A stretch of 32,000 nucleotides of DNA from Edaphobacter aggregans (GCF_003945235.1 NZ_RSDW01000001.1:4620001-4652000), one strand, 5' to 3'; positions 1 through 8,021 are shown, counted from the first letter of the stretch. The notes: generated by a model from the sequence alone, not told the origin. Numbers and translations: made by a program.

Positions 1-421
1 CGGAGGAGCGGGCCTCAGGTAATCCTGTGGACGGCGGCATCATGTTGAGTTCGCCGGAGCTGGCGATGGGCAGGGGCTCGGCTTCGAACTCGGGCTGCCG
101 CATGTGCGGGTGGACTTCAAGGTCTTCGGCGGGAATCGACGAAGCGGCGGCTGACTCGGTGTTTGCGATGGTGTTTTCGGCTCCGTCCGTGATGGCTGGG
201 GTGACGGGAGCGGCGGCCTCCATGGCGGCGATCTTCTTTTGCTGCTCGGCCTGTTCGGCCATGCGGAGCTCGTCTTCCATCTGCATGCGGAACTCGTTGG
301 AGGCACGACGGAACTCGCCCATGAGTTTGCCCAGTTGACGCGCGAGTTCGGGCAACTTCTTCGGACCGAAGAGGAGGAGGGCGAGAATAAATATTACGGC
401 GCTATCGCCGAGGCTCGGCAT
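1..421 (-). CDS. Twin-arginine translocase TatA/TatB-family protein; the C-terminal end runs off the window edge
   Basis: Absent from the ORF track because the frame is open to position 1. My translation from ATG (421-419) reads MPSLGDSAVIFILALLLFGPKKLPELARQLGKLMGEFRRASNEFRMQMEDELRMAEQAEQQKK... A short N-terminal TM helix, the FGPKKLPEL hinge and an amphipathic helix are the TatA/B hallmark. More than 140 codons with an acidic/Ala-rich tail suggests TatB-like length. Confidence 0.8.
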   Translation of the reverse strand, partial: MPSLGDSAVIFILALLLFGPKKLPELARQLGKLMGEFRRASNEFRMQMEDELRMAEQAEQQKKIAAMEAAAPVTPAITDGAENTIANTESAAASSIPAEDLEVHPHMRQPEFEAEPLPIASSGELNMMPPSTGLPEARSS

Positions 422-608
422 ACTTGTATCCCATCATAAATGGCTTACGCTCCAACTGAACAGATCGGATGTTGCTGGTTGACGTTGTTGTAAAATCAAT
501 GAGGTAGAGCTGCAGCACTGATGCACGGTAACAGGACGAAAAGATGCACCTTCTGGGGGCGGCTCGTCGTCCAATGAGTTAGAAGCGGCAGAAATGGCCG
601 CAGGTAAG

Positions 609-736
609 GGTTGCAACATCCCCGTGGATTGGGTGACAAGTCACAGCGAATCCACTGCAACCGCGCAGTTCATGCTTTCAACATCCCCGTTTCAGAGGCG
701 CAAGGCATTTGCCAACGACCTTATGAGACTGAAGGC
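609..736 (+). promoter_or_regulatory. Class I NAD+ riboswitch (nadA motif), two tandem domains, SD-sequestering
   Basis: Domain 1: P1 GGTTGC 609-614 / GCAACC 657-662, bulge A+ACATCCCC 615-623, P1a GTGGATT 624-630 / AATCCAC 649-655, lone T656. Domain 2 has the same architecture: P1 GCTTTC 674-679 / GAAGGC 731-736, bulge A+ACATCCCC 680-688, P1a GTTTCA 689-694 / TGAGAC 724-729, lone T730. ACANCCCC is the conserved bulge of the nadA motif. The element lies directly upstream of nadA. Confidence 0.8.
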
Positions 737-744
737 GGAGTATT

Positions 745-1884
745 TTGATCGGTTTACTAGATGAGGTCACGGCAACGGCCGTGGAGACTGTTGCAGATTC
801 GTGTTCCCTCGATAACTACCTGGCCCAGCCGGACCACACCATGGATGCCCGCATCGCAGCCGCTCGCGAGATCCTTGGCAAGGATGTTGTGCTGCTTGGC
901 CACCACTATCAACGCGATGAGGTCATTCGGTTTGCCGACTACACCGGCGACAGCTACAAGCTGAGCAAAGTCGCCTGCGAGACGGACTCGAAGTACATGA
1001 TCTTCTGCGGCGTGCACTTTATGGCCGAGACCGCCGATGTACTCGCTAAACCATGGCAGCAAGTGATTTTGCCGGACCTAAATGCTGGCTGCTCGATGGC
1101 CGACATGGCTGAGATAGGCCAGGTCGAGGACTGCTGGGACTCGCTGGAACGCGCAGGGCTGACTGGCGATCTAATCCCGCTGACTTATATGAACTCCGCC
1201 GCTGCTATTAAGGCGTTCTGCGGCGAGCGCGGCGGGCTGGTCTGCACCTCGTCGAACGCTCGCGGAGCCTTCGAGTGGGCCTTTGCGCGTGCGGGGAAGA
1301 TTCTCTTTCTCCCCGACCAGCACCTCGGGCGCAATACCGCCTTTGCCATGGGCATTCCGCTGAACGAGATGGTTGTTTGGGATCCGTACCAGATCAACGG
1401 GGGCGTGAGTCCGGATCGCTTGAAGGCCGCAAAGGTCATTCTGTGGAAGGGGCATTGCTCGGTGCATCAGCGTTTTCTGCCTGAGCACGTCGACCGCGTC
1501 CGCGCCAACTATCCGGGGATGCAGGTGATCGTGCATCCGGAGTGCCGCTGGGAGGTCTGCCAGAAGGCTGACGCCATCGGCTCGACCGAGCGCATCATCG
1601 AGGTAATTGAGAAGGCTCCGGAAGGTTCAAGCTTTGCCGTCGGCACCGAGATTCATCTGGTCAATCGGATGGCGAAGCGGTTCGCTCCGCTGGGCAAGAA
1701 AGTTATCACGCTCGACGACGCTGGATGCCTGTGCACGACGATGTATCGCATTTCGCCACAACACCTTGCGTGGGCGCTCGAAAATCTGGTCGAAAACAGG
1801 GTTGTGAATCGCATCCATGTGGACGATGATGTGAAGCACTGGGCGAAGGTGGCCCTCGATCGCATGCTGGAGATACGGGTGTGA
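745..1884 (+). CDS. nadA: Quinolinate synthase NadA
   Basis: The 379-aa ORF carries the NadA hallmarks LLGHHYQRDEV, GVHFMAETADVL, CSMADM, VHPEC and GCLCTTMYRI. The TTG start at 745 lies 9 nt after the GAAGG of riboswitch P1. An alternative ATG at 841 would remove about 30 N-terminal residues that long-form NadA proteins usually have. Confidence 0.93.
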   Translation: MIGLLDEVTATAVETVADSCSLDNYLAQPDHTMDARIAAAREILGKDVVLLGHHYQRDEVIRFADYTGDSYKLSKVACETDSKYMIFCGVHFMAETADVLAKPWQQVILPDLNAGCSMADMAEIGQVEDCWDSLERAGLTGDLIPLTYMNSAAAIKAFCGERGGLVCTSSNARGAFEWAFARAGKILFLPDQHLGRNTAFAMGIPLNEMVVWDPYQINGGVSPDRLKAAKVILWKGHCSVHQRFLPEHVDRVRANYPGMQVIVHPECRWEVCQKADAIGSTERIIEVIEKAPEGSSFAVGTEIHLVNRMAKRFAPLGKKVITLDDAGCLCTTMYRISPQHLAWALENLVENRVVNRIHVDDDVKHWAKVALDRMLEIRV

Positions 1885-2318
1885 GCAAGACGTTTACCTT
1901 GAACGAGGCGCAGACGCTGCTGCCTGTGGTGGAAGCATTGTTGCGTAAGGGGCAGGCGGCTGGCGGGCGCGCAGGCGAACTCGACTCAGAGATGCAGGAG
2001 CTTAGCCAGCGGATATTCCTCTTCGGGGGAACGCACGTGAACGTCGTCGTCGCCGCCCGCCGCAAGGCCGAGTACGACAAGTCCGTGCAGGAAGCCAAAG
2101 ATACCCTGGCCGAAATTGAAGCTATCGGAGTGCAAATAAAGGACTTCGAACAAGGCCTGCTGGACTTCCCCTGTCTCCTTGAGGGCAAAACGGTGCTGTT
2201 GTGCTGGAAACTGGGCGAAAAGGAGATCGGCTTCTGGCATGCACCGGAGGATGGCTTCGCCGGGCGCAAGCCGCTGGACTCCCGCTTTGGCAAGACGGAA
2301 CGGGAGCGGCTGAACTAG
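1881..2318 (+). CDS. DUF2203-like small conserved protein, start overlapping the nadA stop
   Basis: 145-aa ORF. The GTG at 1881 overlaps the nadA TGA (1882-1884). MSKTFTLNEAQTLLPVVE...GLLDFPCLLEGKTVLLCWKLGEKEIGFWHAPEDGFAGRKPL matches my memory of the DUF2203 family pattern. The product name is from memory only. Confidence 0.65.
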   Translation: MSKTFTLNEAQTLLPVVEALLRKGQAAGGRAGELDSEMQELSQRIFLFGGTHVNVVVAARRKAEYDKSVQEAKDTLAEIEAIGVQIKDFEQGLLDFPCLLEGKTVLLCWKLGEKEIGFWHAPEDGFAGRKPLDSRFGKTERERLN

Positions 2319-2355
2319 GTTGATCGTGGCCACTTCTGAGCCGAGAATAGCTTGT

Positions 2356-2388
2356 GGATAACTAGATTTATCAAACGATAATTCCTAT
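2356..2388 (+). promoter_or_regulatory. Fur-box-like inverted repeats upstream of the Fur-family gene (candidate auto-operator)
   Basis: GATAA-N6-TTATC at 2356-2371 and GATA-N5-TATC at 2376-2388, in the AT-rich stretch 30-60 nt upstream of the start at 2415. GATAA/TTATC arms are typical of Fur-family operators. Confidence 0.45.
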
Positions 2389-2414
2389 CAAACTTTCGGC
2401 TATACTTTTCACCA

Positions 2415-2846
2415 GTGGTGAATGAGTCCAAGTCGTTTCGTGAGATCTGCCAGGAGAACGGTATCGCCGTGACCCACCAGCGGCAGGTGCTCTACGAAGT
2501 GATGAAGTCGATGCATGGCCATCCGAGCCCGGAAGAGGTCTATGCGCGGGTGAAGAAGAAAGTTCCGGCCATCTCGCTGGCGACCGTCTACAAAAATATT
2601 CATTTGTTTGTGGAGAGCGGCGTCTTTCGCAAGATGAGCATGCATCACGGCTCTGTGCGCGTTGAGATGAACGATGAGCCGCATCACCACATGGTCTGTT
2701 CCAAATGCAGCGCGATTACCGATATAGGCGAGAAAGAGCTTGGCCTGGTTCCCAAACGCAACCGATTGGCCGATGGATTTCTTGTCGAGCGATACTCCGT
2801 TGATGTCATAGGTGTGTGTGCGAAGTGTCAGATGGCTTCAACCTGA
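2415..2846 (+). CDS. Fur-family metalloregulator, probably PerR-type peroxide sensor
   Basis: 143 aa with an N-terminal wHTH (THQRQVLYEVM...ISLATVYKNIHLF), an HHH motif and two CxxC pairs (CSKC, CAKC). The position immediately upstream of ahpC-ahpD suggests a PerR role. Confidence 0.85.
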   Translation: MVNESKSFREICQENGIAVTHQRQVLYEVMKSMHGHPSPEEVYARVKKKVPAISLATVYKNIHLFVESGVFRKMSMHHGSVRVEMNDEPHHHMVCSKCSAITDIGEKELGLVPKRNRLADGFLVERYSVDVIGVCAKCQMAST

Positions 2847-2879
2847 AAACTCGCATGCAGGATACGGATCAACCGCTTC

Positions 2880-3112
2880 TATAGCCGCCGCCATACGATA
2901 AGGTCGGATGATGTCGTGATGTAAGTCTAGTTATCGCGACTAAGTCAATTTATTTAATTTCAAACTATGCTATATGGCCTATGAATAAAGGCTATTTCTC
3001 TTTTCATGAGTAGTTAAAGCGTGCTAGAATTAGAGATGTAACTTAAATTGATTTTATTCGTTTTCTAGTGCCTGACTAACTGCATTCCATCTCACTAAAG
3101 GGAGCTATCTTC
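2880..3112 (+). promoter_or_regulatory. AT-rich ahpC control region (promoter plus candidate regulator site)
   Basis: A ~230-bp strongly AT-rich intergenic region in a GC-rich genome. CTAGTTATC at 2927-2935 is the reverse complement of the GATAACTAG present in the box at 2356-2364. There is a possible extended -10 TGcTAGAAT (TAGAAT 3025-3030). The SD AAGGGAG lies 8 nt before the ATG at 3113. Confidence 0.35.
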
Positions 3113-3652
3113 ATGTTGCAAATTGGCGAAAAATTTCCTAACTACAGCGTTACTGCCACTATCTCTACCGACAAGGACGAGGCCAAGGCATTCACCACCA
3201 TCACTGAAGAGTCCTATCCTGGTAAGTGGAAGGTGTACTTCTTCTGGCCCAAGGACTTTACCTTCGTCTGTCCGACCGAGATCGCTGCCTTCGGCAAATT
3301 GAACAGTGAGTTCACCGATCGCGACTGCCAGATCCTCGGCGGCAGCACCGACAACGAGTACGTCCACGCAGCATGGCGCACGCATCACGCAGACCTCAAG
3401 GACCTGCCCTTCCCCATGCTGTCGGACATCAAGCACGATCTCTGCGGACAGCTCGGCATCCTTGATGAGAAGGCGGGCGTTGCCCAGCGCGCTACGTTCA
3501 TCGTCGATCCGGATAACATCATCCGCTTCATCTATGTCACTGATCTGTCTGTAGGTCGCAACCCGCAGGAGGTTCTGCGCGTGCTCGATGCGCTGCAGAC
3601 CGACGAACTCTGCCCCTGCAACTGGCAAAAAGGCGAAGCGACCCTGGCATAG
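3113..3652 (+). CDS. ahpC: Peroxiredoxin AhpC (AhpD-dependent, mycobacterial type)
   Basis: 179 aa with the peroxidatic motif FTFVCPTE and a C-terminal LQTDELCPCNWQKGE, like M. tuberculosis AhpC (Cys-x-Cys). It is followed by ahpD and no ahpF. Confidence 0.95.
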   Translation: MLQIGEKFPNYSVTATISTDKDEAKAFTTITEESYPGKWKVYFFWPKDFTFVCPTEIAAFGKLNSEFTDRDCQILGGSTDNEYVHAAWRTHHADLKDLPFPMLSDIKHDLCGQLGILDEKAGVAQRATFIVDPDNIIRFIYVTDLSVGRNPQEVLRVLDALQTDELCPCNWQKGEATLA

Positions 3653-3663
3653 TTTCCTCTGCG

Positions 3664-3699
3664 AAGGGCGTGGCTGCTCTGGCGGCTGCGCCCTTTTTT
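3664..3699 (+). terminator. Intrinsic terminator/attenuator hairpin between ahpC and ahpD
   Basis: AAGGGCGTGGCTGC (3664-3677), loop TCTG, GCGGCTGCGCCCTT (3682-3695; three G-U pairs), running into a T6 tract (3694-3699). Confidence 0.6.
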
Positions 3700-3738
3700 C
3701 ATACACGGTTTTTGAATGACGAAAGGATGAACTTCGAG

Positions 3739-4287
3739 ATGGCATTGGAAGAGCTAATCGGCGGTCTGCCCGCTTACGCAAAGGATCTGAAGCTGAACTA
3801 CTCCTCGCTGGTGAAGCAGAATACTGAGCTGACGAAGCAGCAACTCTGGGGAACGGTTGTCTCCGCTGCAATTGCCACGCGCAATCCAGAGTTGACGGCA
3901 GCAGTTATCGCAGAGTCCGAGGCGAACGGTCTCAATGCTGGTGCGCTCGATGCTGCTAAGGCCGCTGCGGCAATCATGGGGATGAACAATGTCTACTATC
4001 GTTTTCATCACCTGACATCGAACGAGAAGTACGCGACGTTGCCGGCGCGGTTGCGCATGAACGCGCTGCGCGGACACTCAGTAGAGCACGTGGACTTCGA
4101 GTTGTGGTGTCTGGCGGTGAGCGCGGTAAACGCCTGCGGTAAGTGTGTCGATTCGCACGAGCAGGTGCTACGGCAGAAGGGCGCGACTGAAGAGCTGATC
4201 AACGCAGCGATTCGCGTGACCTCGGTGATTCACGCCATCGGCGTTGTGTTGGACTCGGAAAAAGCTTCGCCAACTCCGGCGGCGTAA
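3739..4287 (+). CDS. ahpD: Alkylhydroperoxidase AhpD
   Basis: MALEELIGGLPAYAKDLKLNY... aligns from residue 1 with my memory of M. tuberculosis AhpD ([20 protein letters not shown]). The active-site motif is CGKCVDSHE. The ORF-track start at 3670 lies inside the terminator hairpin. ATG 3727 is an alternative start. GAAAGGA lies 11 nt upstream of ATG 3739. Confidence 0.9.
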   Translation: MALEELIGGLPAYAKDLKLNYSSLVKQNTELTKQQLWGTVVSAAIATRNPELTAAVIAESEANGLNAGALDAAKAAAAIMGMNNVYYRFHHLTSNEKYATLPARLRMNALRGHSVEHVDFELWCLAVSAVNACGKCVDSHEQVLRQKGATEELINAAIRVTSVIHAIGVVLDSEKASPTPAA

Positions 4288-4310
4288 ATCGATTATTTGC
4301 AGCAAAAGGA

Positions 4311-4336
4311 AAAGCGCGGATTGCAGTCCGCGCTTT
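4311..4336. terminator. Bidirectional terminator hairpin between convergent ahpD and the M28 peptidase gene
   Basis: Perfect 10-bp stem AAAGCGCGGA / TCCGCGCTTT with loop TTGCAG, and T-rich flanks on both strands. Confidence 0.6.
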
Positions 4337-4337
4337 C

Positions 4338-5444
4338 TTATTTGGGTTGAGTTTTACCAGGCTGATTAGGATTCGCCGGCGCTGCACCGGGCGATCCTTG
4401 TTCCGGCTTCTTGCCGGGATTCCACTCCGGCTTCCACTTCGTATCGGCGAGCCAGCGCACAGGCTCGACCATCGAAGCGATTGCCTTGGCCATGTGTGCG
4501 AAGTCGATAGTGCGGATCTCGTCGGAGGGCTGATGGTAGTCAGTATGCAGCCCGAAGCTGGAGACGGTGTGAGCGATGATCCCCTGGCGTGCGAGCGCAT
4601 AGTTGTCCGAGCGCTGGAAGAACTGCTCTTTTGGGTGAGGATCGTTGACCAGGTGAGCGCCGTGCTTCGCCAACTCAGGGCCAAGGTCGGAGCGGTCGAA
4701 GCCGGTGAGCCACAGAGTCCCGGCGGGAACAGCGGGGTCAGGCCGGCCGATCATCTCAAACTCGAGGTTGGCGACGATGCTGCTCAGCGGTACCGGTGGG
4801 TGCTGAAGAAACGCTCGGTTACCGAAGCCGCCGATCTCCTCCGAGCCGAAGAGCGCGAAGACGATGGTGCGGTGAGGGCGCTGGCCGGTGGTGAGAAGAC
4901 GCGCGAGGGCGAGCACCGCAGTCGTGCCGGATGCGTCGTCATCCGCGCCGTTGTAGATCGTGTCGCCGTTAACGGCAGGGCCGATGCCAAGATGGTCCAG
5001 GTGGGCAGTCAGCAGGACCACCTCGTTTGGCAACGTAGTGCCGCGCAAGATGCCGATGGCATTCCACGTCTCCTTGCGCGGAGTGTCTTCATACTTGGAG
5101 ATCCGCTGCTGCAACCGCTGTGGCATGGGGCTGGGCAGGGACGCCTTCTGCAGGAAGGTGCCGTCGTCGCCGCCGGGTTCGAGGCCGAGTGACTGAAACT
5201 GCGCGGCAGCGAAGAGTGCGGCGATATGCTCGTCTCGTGTCGCCGAACCTCGGCCATGAAGCTCATCGCTGGCGAGAAAGTTCATGTCGGCACGAACCTC
5301 GCGTTCCAAAGCGGTCTGGGACGATGCCGTTTTTGAGCCGGAGGAGTCGAACGAGTGAGTCTCAGAGTGCAGCGTCTGCGTAAATAGCAGGGAACAGGCG
5401 AACGCGGAGACCGCGAAGGAATGTAGAGGTCTGAATGCAGGCAT
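4338..5444 (-). CDS. Secreted M28-family metallopeptidase (aminopeptidase)
   Basis: 368 aa with an N-terminal signal-like segment and the M28 metal-ligand motifs HLDHLG, GADDDASGTTAVLALARLL and FGSEEIGGFG. Confidence 0.85.
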   Translation of the reverse strand: MPAFRPLHSFAVSAFACSLLFTQTLHSETHSFDSSGSKTASSQTALEREVRADMNFLASDELHGRGSATRDEHIAALFAAAQFQSLGLEPGGDDGTFLQKASLPSPMPQRLQQRISKYEDTPRKETWNAIGILRGTTLPNEVVLLTAHLDHLGIGPAVNGDTIYNGADDDASGTTAVLALARLLTTGQRPHRTIVFALFGSEEIGGFGNRAFLQHPPVPLSSIVANLEFEMIGRPDPAVPAGTLWLTGFDRSDLGPELAKHGAHLVNDPHPKEQFFQRSDNYALARQGIIAHTVSSFGLHTDYHQPSDEIRTIDFAHMAKAIASMVEPVRWLADTKWKPEWNPGKKPEQGSPGAAPANPNQPGKTQPK

Positions 5445-5526
5445 TGCGGAAATTATACGAGACTCGCAATGAATTTTTACCGAACTCTGCTGGCAACGAC
5501 GAAGCTCAGAATGAGAGGATGAAGGT

Positions 5527-6669
5527 ATGACATCAGGGGCTCAAGGCATGCGGCTGAGTGTGTGGTTGATGATGGCCGCAACGCTGGCTCTGACAGGCTG
5601 CGGGGACTTCTTCCGTCCTGAGCCCAATAACGGTGGCGGCGGGGGTGGCGGCGGCAATACCGGGAATAGCGCCTATGTCATCAACGCGTCGGCGAACACC
5701 CTCGCTGGATTCACGGTCGGAACGGGAACGTTGACCTCCGTCCCAAGCTCCCCGCTGGCGCTGGGGTACTCGCCGGCTGCCGCGGTGACGATGCCTGACA
5801 ACACCTTCCTGTACGTTGTGGGTCCGGGCGCGATTTACGTCTACGCGATCAACACGGACGGATCGCTGACAGCTCCGAGCAGGGGAGCCCAGGTTGCGCT
5901 CGTAAACGTGTCCGCAATCGACATCTCGCCTGATGGAAATTGGCTCTTCGCGCTCGATCTGGCGACGAATGTAGTCGACCAGTTCAGTATCAACCGATCG
6001 ACGGGTGCGTTGAGCGCGGTTGCCGCGACTCCCTACACGGTAACCAGTGGGACGGTACTGCCCAAAGCGATACGTGTCGCGCCCAACGGCGCGCTGGTGT
6101 TCGCTGCGCTGGGTACAGGTGGCGACGTCGTCTTTACCTTCAATACGACGAGCGGAGTGTTGGCGCTCAGCCAGACGCTCCCGCCTGTCTCAACGACTAC
6201 CAGCGACAACGCATTTGCCATCGATAGCACCACGGCCTTCCTCTACATCGCCCGCAGCGGGACGGGTGGAGGCGTGGCGCTCTATACCATCGGTGCGGGG
6301 GGGCAGTTGAATTCGGTCTCAGGATCGCCGTTTGCGGCAGGGAACCGGCCAATCTCATTGATCATCGATAAGACGGGGGATTTCCTCTATGCGGCCAACC
6401 AGGTAGACGGGACGATCTCCGGCTACGCAATCGGAACCGGAGGTGTGCTGTCTGAGTTGAACGGTTCACCCTACGCAAGCGGCGCGCAGGTCGGCTCGCT
6501 CGGGGAGGATAATACCGGGAAATACATCCTGGCGTCGGCCTTCGGTGGATCACCCGATCTGTCCATGTACGGTTTTGACGCCGCTATCCCCGGCAAGCTC
6601 AGCCTGGTGACGAGCGCCGCAACAGGCACTTCCCCGACGGGCGCTATTGGCGTCGCAATGACTCACTAA
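5527..6669 (+). CDS. Lipoprotein with a 7-bladed beta-propeller (lactonase-like fold)
   Basis: Signal peptide with lipobox LALTGC, a Gly8 linker (NNGGGGGGGGNTGN), then seven repeats of the pattern hydrophobic strand + x(V/I)xx(F/Y)x(I/V)xxxxGxL, typical of PF10282-like propellers. The SD GAGGATGAAGG precedes the ATG. Confidence 0.7.
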   Translation: MTSGAQGMRLSVWLMMAATLALTGCGDFFRPEPNNGGGGGGGGNTGNSAYVINASANTLAGFTVGTGTLTSVPSSPLALGYSPAAAVTMPDNTFLYVVGPGAIYVYAINTDGSLTAPSRGAQVALVNVSAIDISPDGNWLFALDLATNVVDQFSINRSTGALSAVAATPYTVTSGTVLPKAIRVAPNGALVFAALGTGGDVVFTFNTTSGVLALSQTLPPVSTTTSDNAFAIDSTTAFLYIARSGTGGGVALYTIGAGGQLNSVSGSPFAAGNRPISLIIDKTGDFLYAANQVDGTISGYAIGTGGVLSELNGSPYASGAQVGSLGEDNTGKYILASAFGGSPDLSMYGFDAAIPGKLSLVTSAATGTSPTGAIGVAMTH

Positions 6670-6683
6670 CAACCACCGTACAG

Positions 6684-8021
6684 GTGCCTGCTCAGATTCC
6701 CGGCCCATGGCGCTATGTCCGGGAACGCTACCTGTCACGCCGTTTCCTCGTAGTATTGAACGTAGAGCGCATTTACGGGCGGCGGAGTTTTACGGTTATC
6801 TTTTCTTTTCTGCGACAAATCGGTTCACGGCAAAATCTATCGAGGCTTGCCTGTGCAGTGGCGATCTCAACGGCCTTGCTTGCTGGCGGCTGCTCCCGGT
6901 TCCGTCCCAAGCCTCCTGCCCAATATGTCTACGTCACGGCGAAACAGACATTTCTGCGCGACCGTGTAGCTGCAGTCTCCAATCGGACCGGTACCGTCGG
7001 AAACGGTGACAAGCTGCAAGTGCTCGAGCACGGACGCCGATTCCTCCGTGTGCAGACCGAGAAGGGCGAGCAGGGTTGGATCGATGAGAAGGCTGTCGCC
7101 ACGCAGGAGATCTTCGATCAGTTCGAAGCTCTGAAGGAAGAGCACAAGGCCGATCCGACCGTAGCTTCTGCCGTCGTGCGTGATGAGGTCTACATGCACT
7201 CCAAGCCTGGCCGCGACACCGAGCGCTTCTATCGTCTGTCGGAGGGGGAGAAGCTGAAGCTACTTGCCCGTGCCACGCTACCCAAGCCCATCCCTCCCGG
7301 GACACGTCCCGTTAAACCTGTGGCTCCTGCTCCAGCCGCAGCTGCCAACGCTGCACCGAAGGCTGTCGCACCCGCGACTCCCGTCGAGGAACCTCCGGCG
7401 ATGGAAGACTGGTGGCTGGTGCGCGACTCTAAGGGTGATACGGGTTGGCTGCTCAGCCGCATGATGGACGTCGATGCGCCCGACGCTCTGACGCGCTACT
7501 CCGAGGGTCAACGCATGGTCGGGGCCTACATCCTCACGACGGTCAACGATCCCGAGGCCGAGCAGGAGAACAAGGACATCCCCGTCTACGTCACCGTTCT
7601 AAGTCCCTACAAGGCCGGTCTGCCCTACGACTTCGACCAGGTGCGTGTCTTCACGTGGAACGTCAAGAAGCATCGCTACGAGACCGGCTTCCGCGAACAC
7701 AACATCGAGGGCTACCTGCCGGTCGATGTAAAGATGGCGAAGGATCCGTACGGCAAGTCCCCTACGGCCGCAACGCCTGCTCCGACATTCACCTACAGGG
7801 TGCTCTCCGACGAGGCCGGGCCGGTGATTCCCGATCCCGTGACCGGAGCCATCGTGCCAGGCAAGACCGTCGAGAAGACATACCGGTTGGAAGGAAATCT
7901 CGTCCGCCGGATTCTTCCGCCGGGCACGCAAGCACCGGGCGAAGCCCACGTGGAACCAGTCAGCGAAAAGAAGAAAGCCGCAAAGGCCGCCAAAGAGGCG
8001 AAGGGCAAGAAAAAGCACTAA
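6684..8021 (+). CDS. SH3b-domain lipoprotein with Pro/Ala linker and Lys-rich C-terminal tail; start uncertain
   Basis: Lipobox LLAGGC about 70 codons into the ORF. SH3b-like segments are GDKLQVLEHGRRFLRVQTEKGEQGWIDEKAV and WWLVRDSKGDTGWLLSRMM. The tail is EKKKAAKAAKEAKGKKKH. There is no in-frame ATG before the lipobox, so the true start is probably a GTG/TTG downstream of 6684. Confidence 0.65.
   Translation: MPAQIPGPWRYVRERYLSRRFLVVLNVERIYGRRSFTVIFSFLRQIGSRQNLSRLACAVAISTALLAGGCSRFRPKPPAQYVYVTAKQTFLRDRVAAVSNRTGTVGNGDKLQVLEHGRRFLRVQTEKGEQGWIDEKAVATQEIFDQFEALKEEHKADPTVASAVVRDEVYMHSKPGRDTERFYRLSEGEKLKLLARATLPKPIPPGTRPVKPVAPAPAAAANAAPKAVAPATPVEEPPAMEDWWLVRDSKGDTGWLLSRMMDVDAPDALTRYSEGQRMVGAYILTTVNDPEAEQENKDIPVYVTVLSPYKAGLPYDFDQVRVFTWNVKKHRYETGFREHNIEGYLPVDVKMAKDPYGKSPTAATPAPTFTYRVLSDEAGPVIPDPVTGAIVPGKTVEKTYRLEGNLVRRILPPGTQAPGEAHVEPVSEKKKAAKAAKEAKGKKKH

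Noticed and set aside
3670-3738. ORF-track upstream starts for ahpD (3670), atpF (11979), SDR (22355) and SRPBCC (23920)
   Set aside because: Each extension lacks an SD. Each also overlaps a hairpin or the preceding gene, while a downstream start has a good SD and matches the family N-terminus.
3095-3871. 258-aa minus-strand ORF covering ahpC and the ahpC-ahpD spacer
   Set aside because: It is antisense to a textbook AhpC and crosses a terminator hairpin. It has no SD or homology features.
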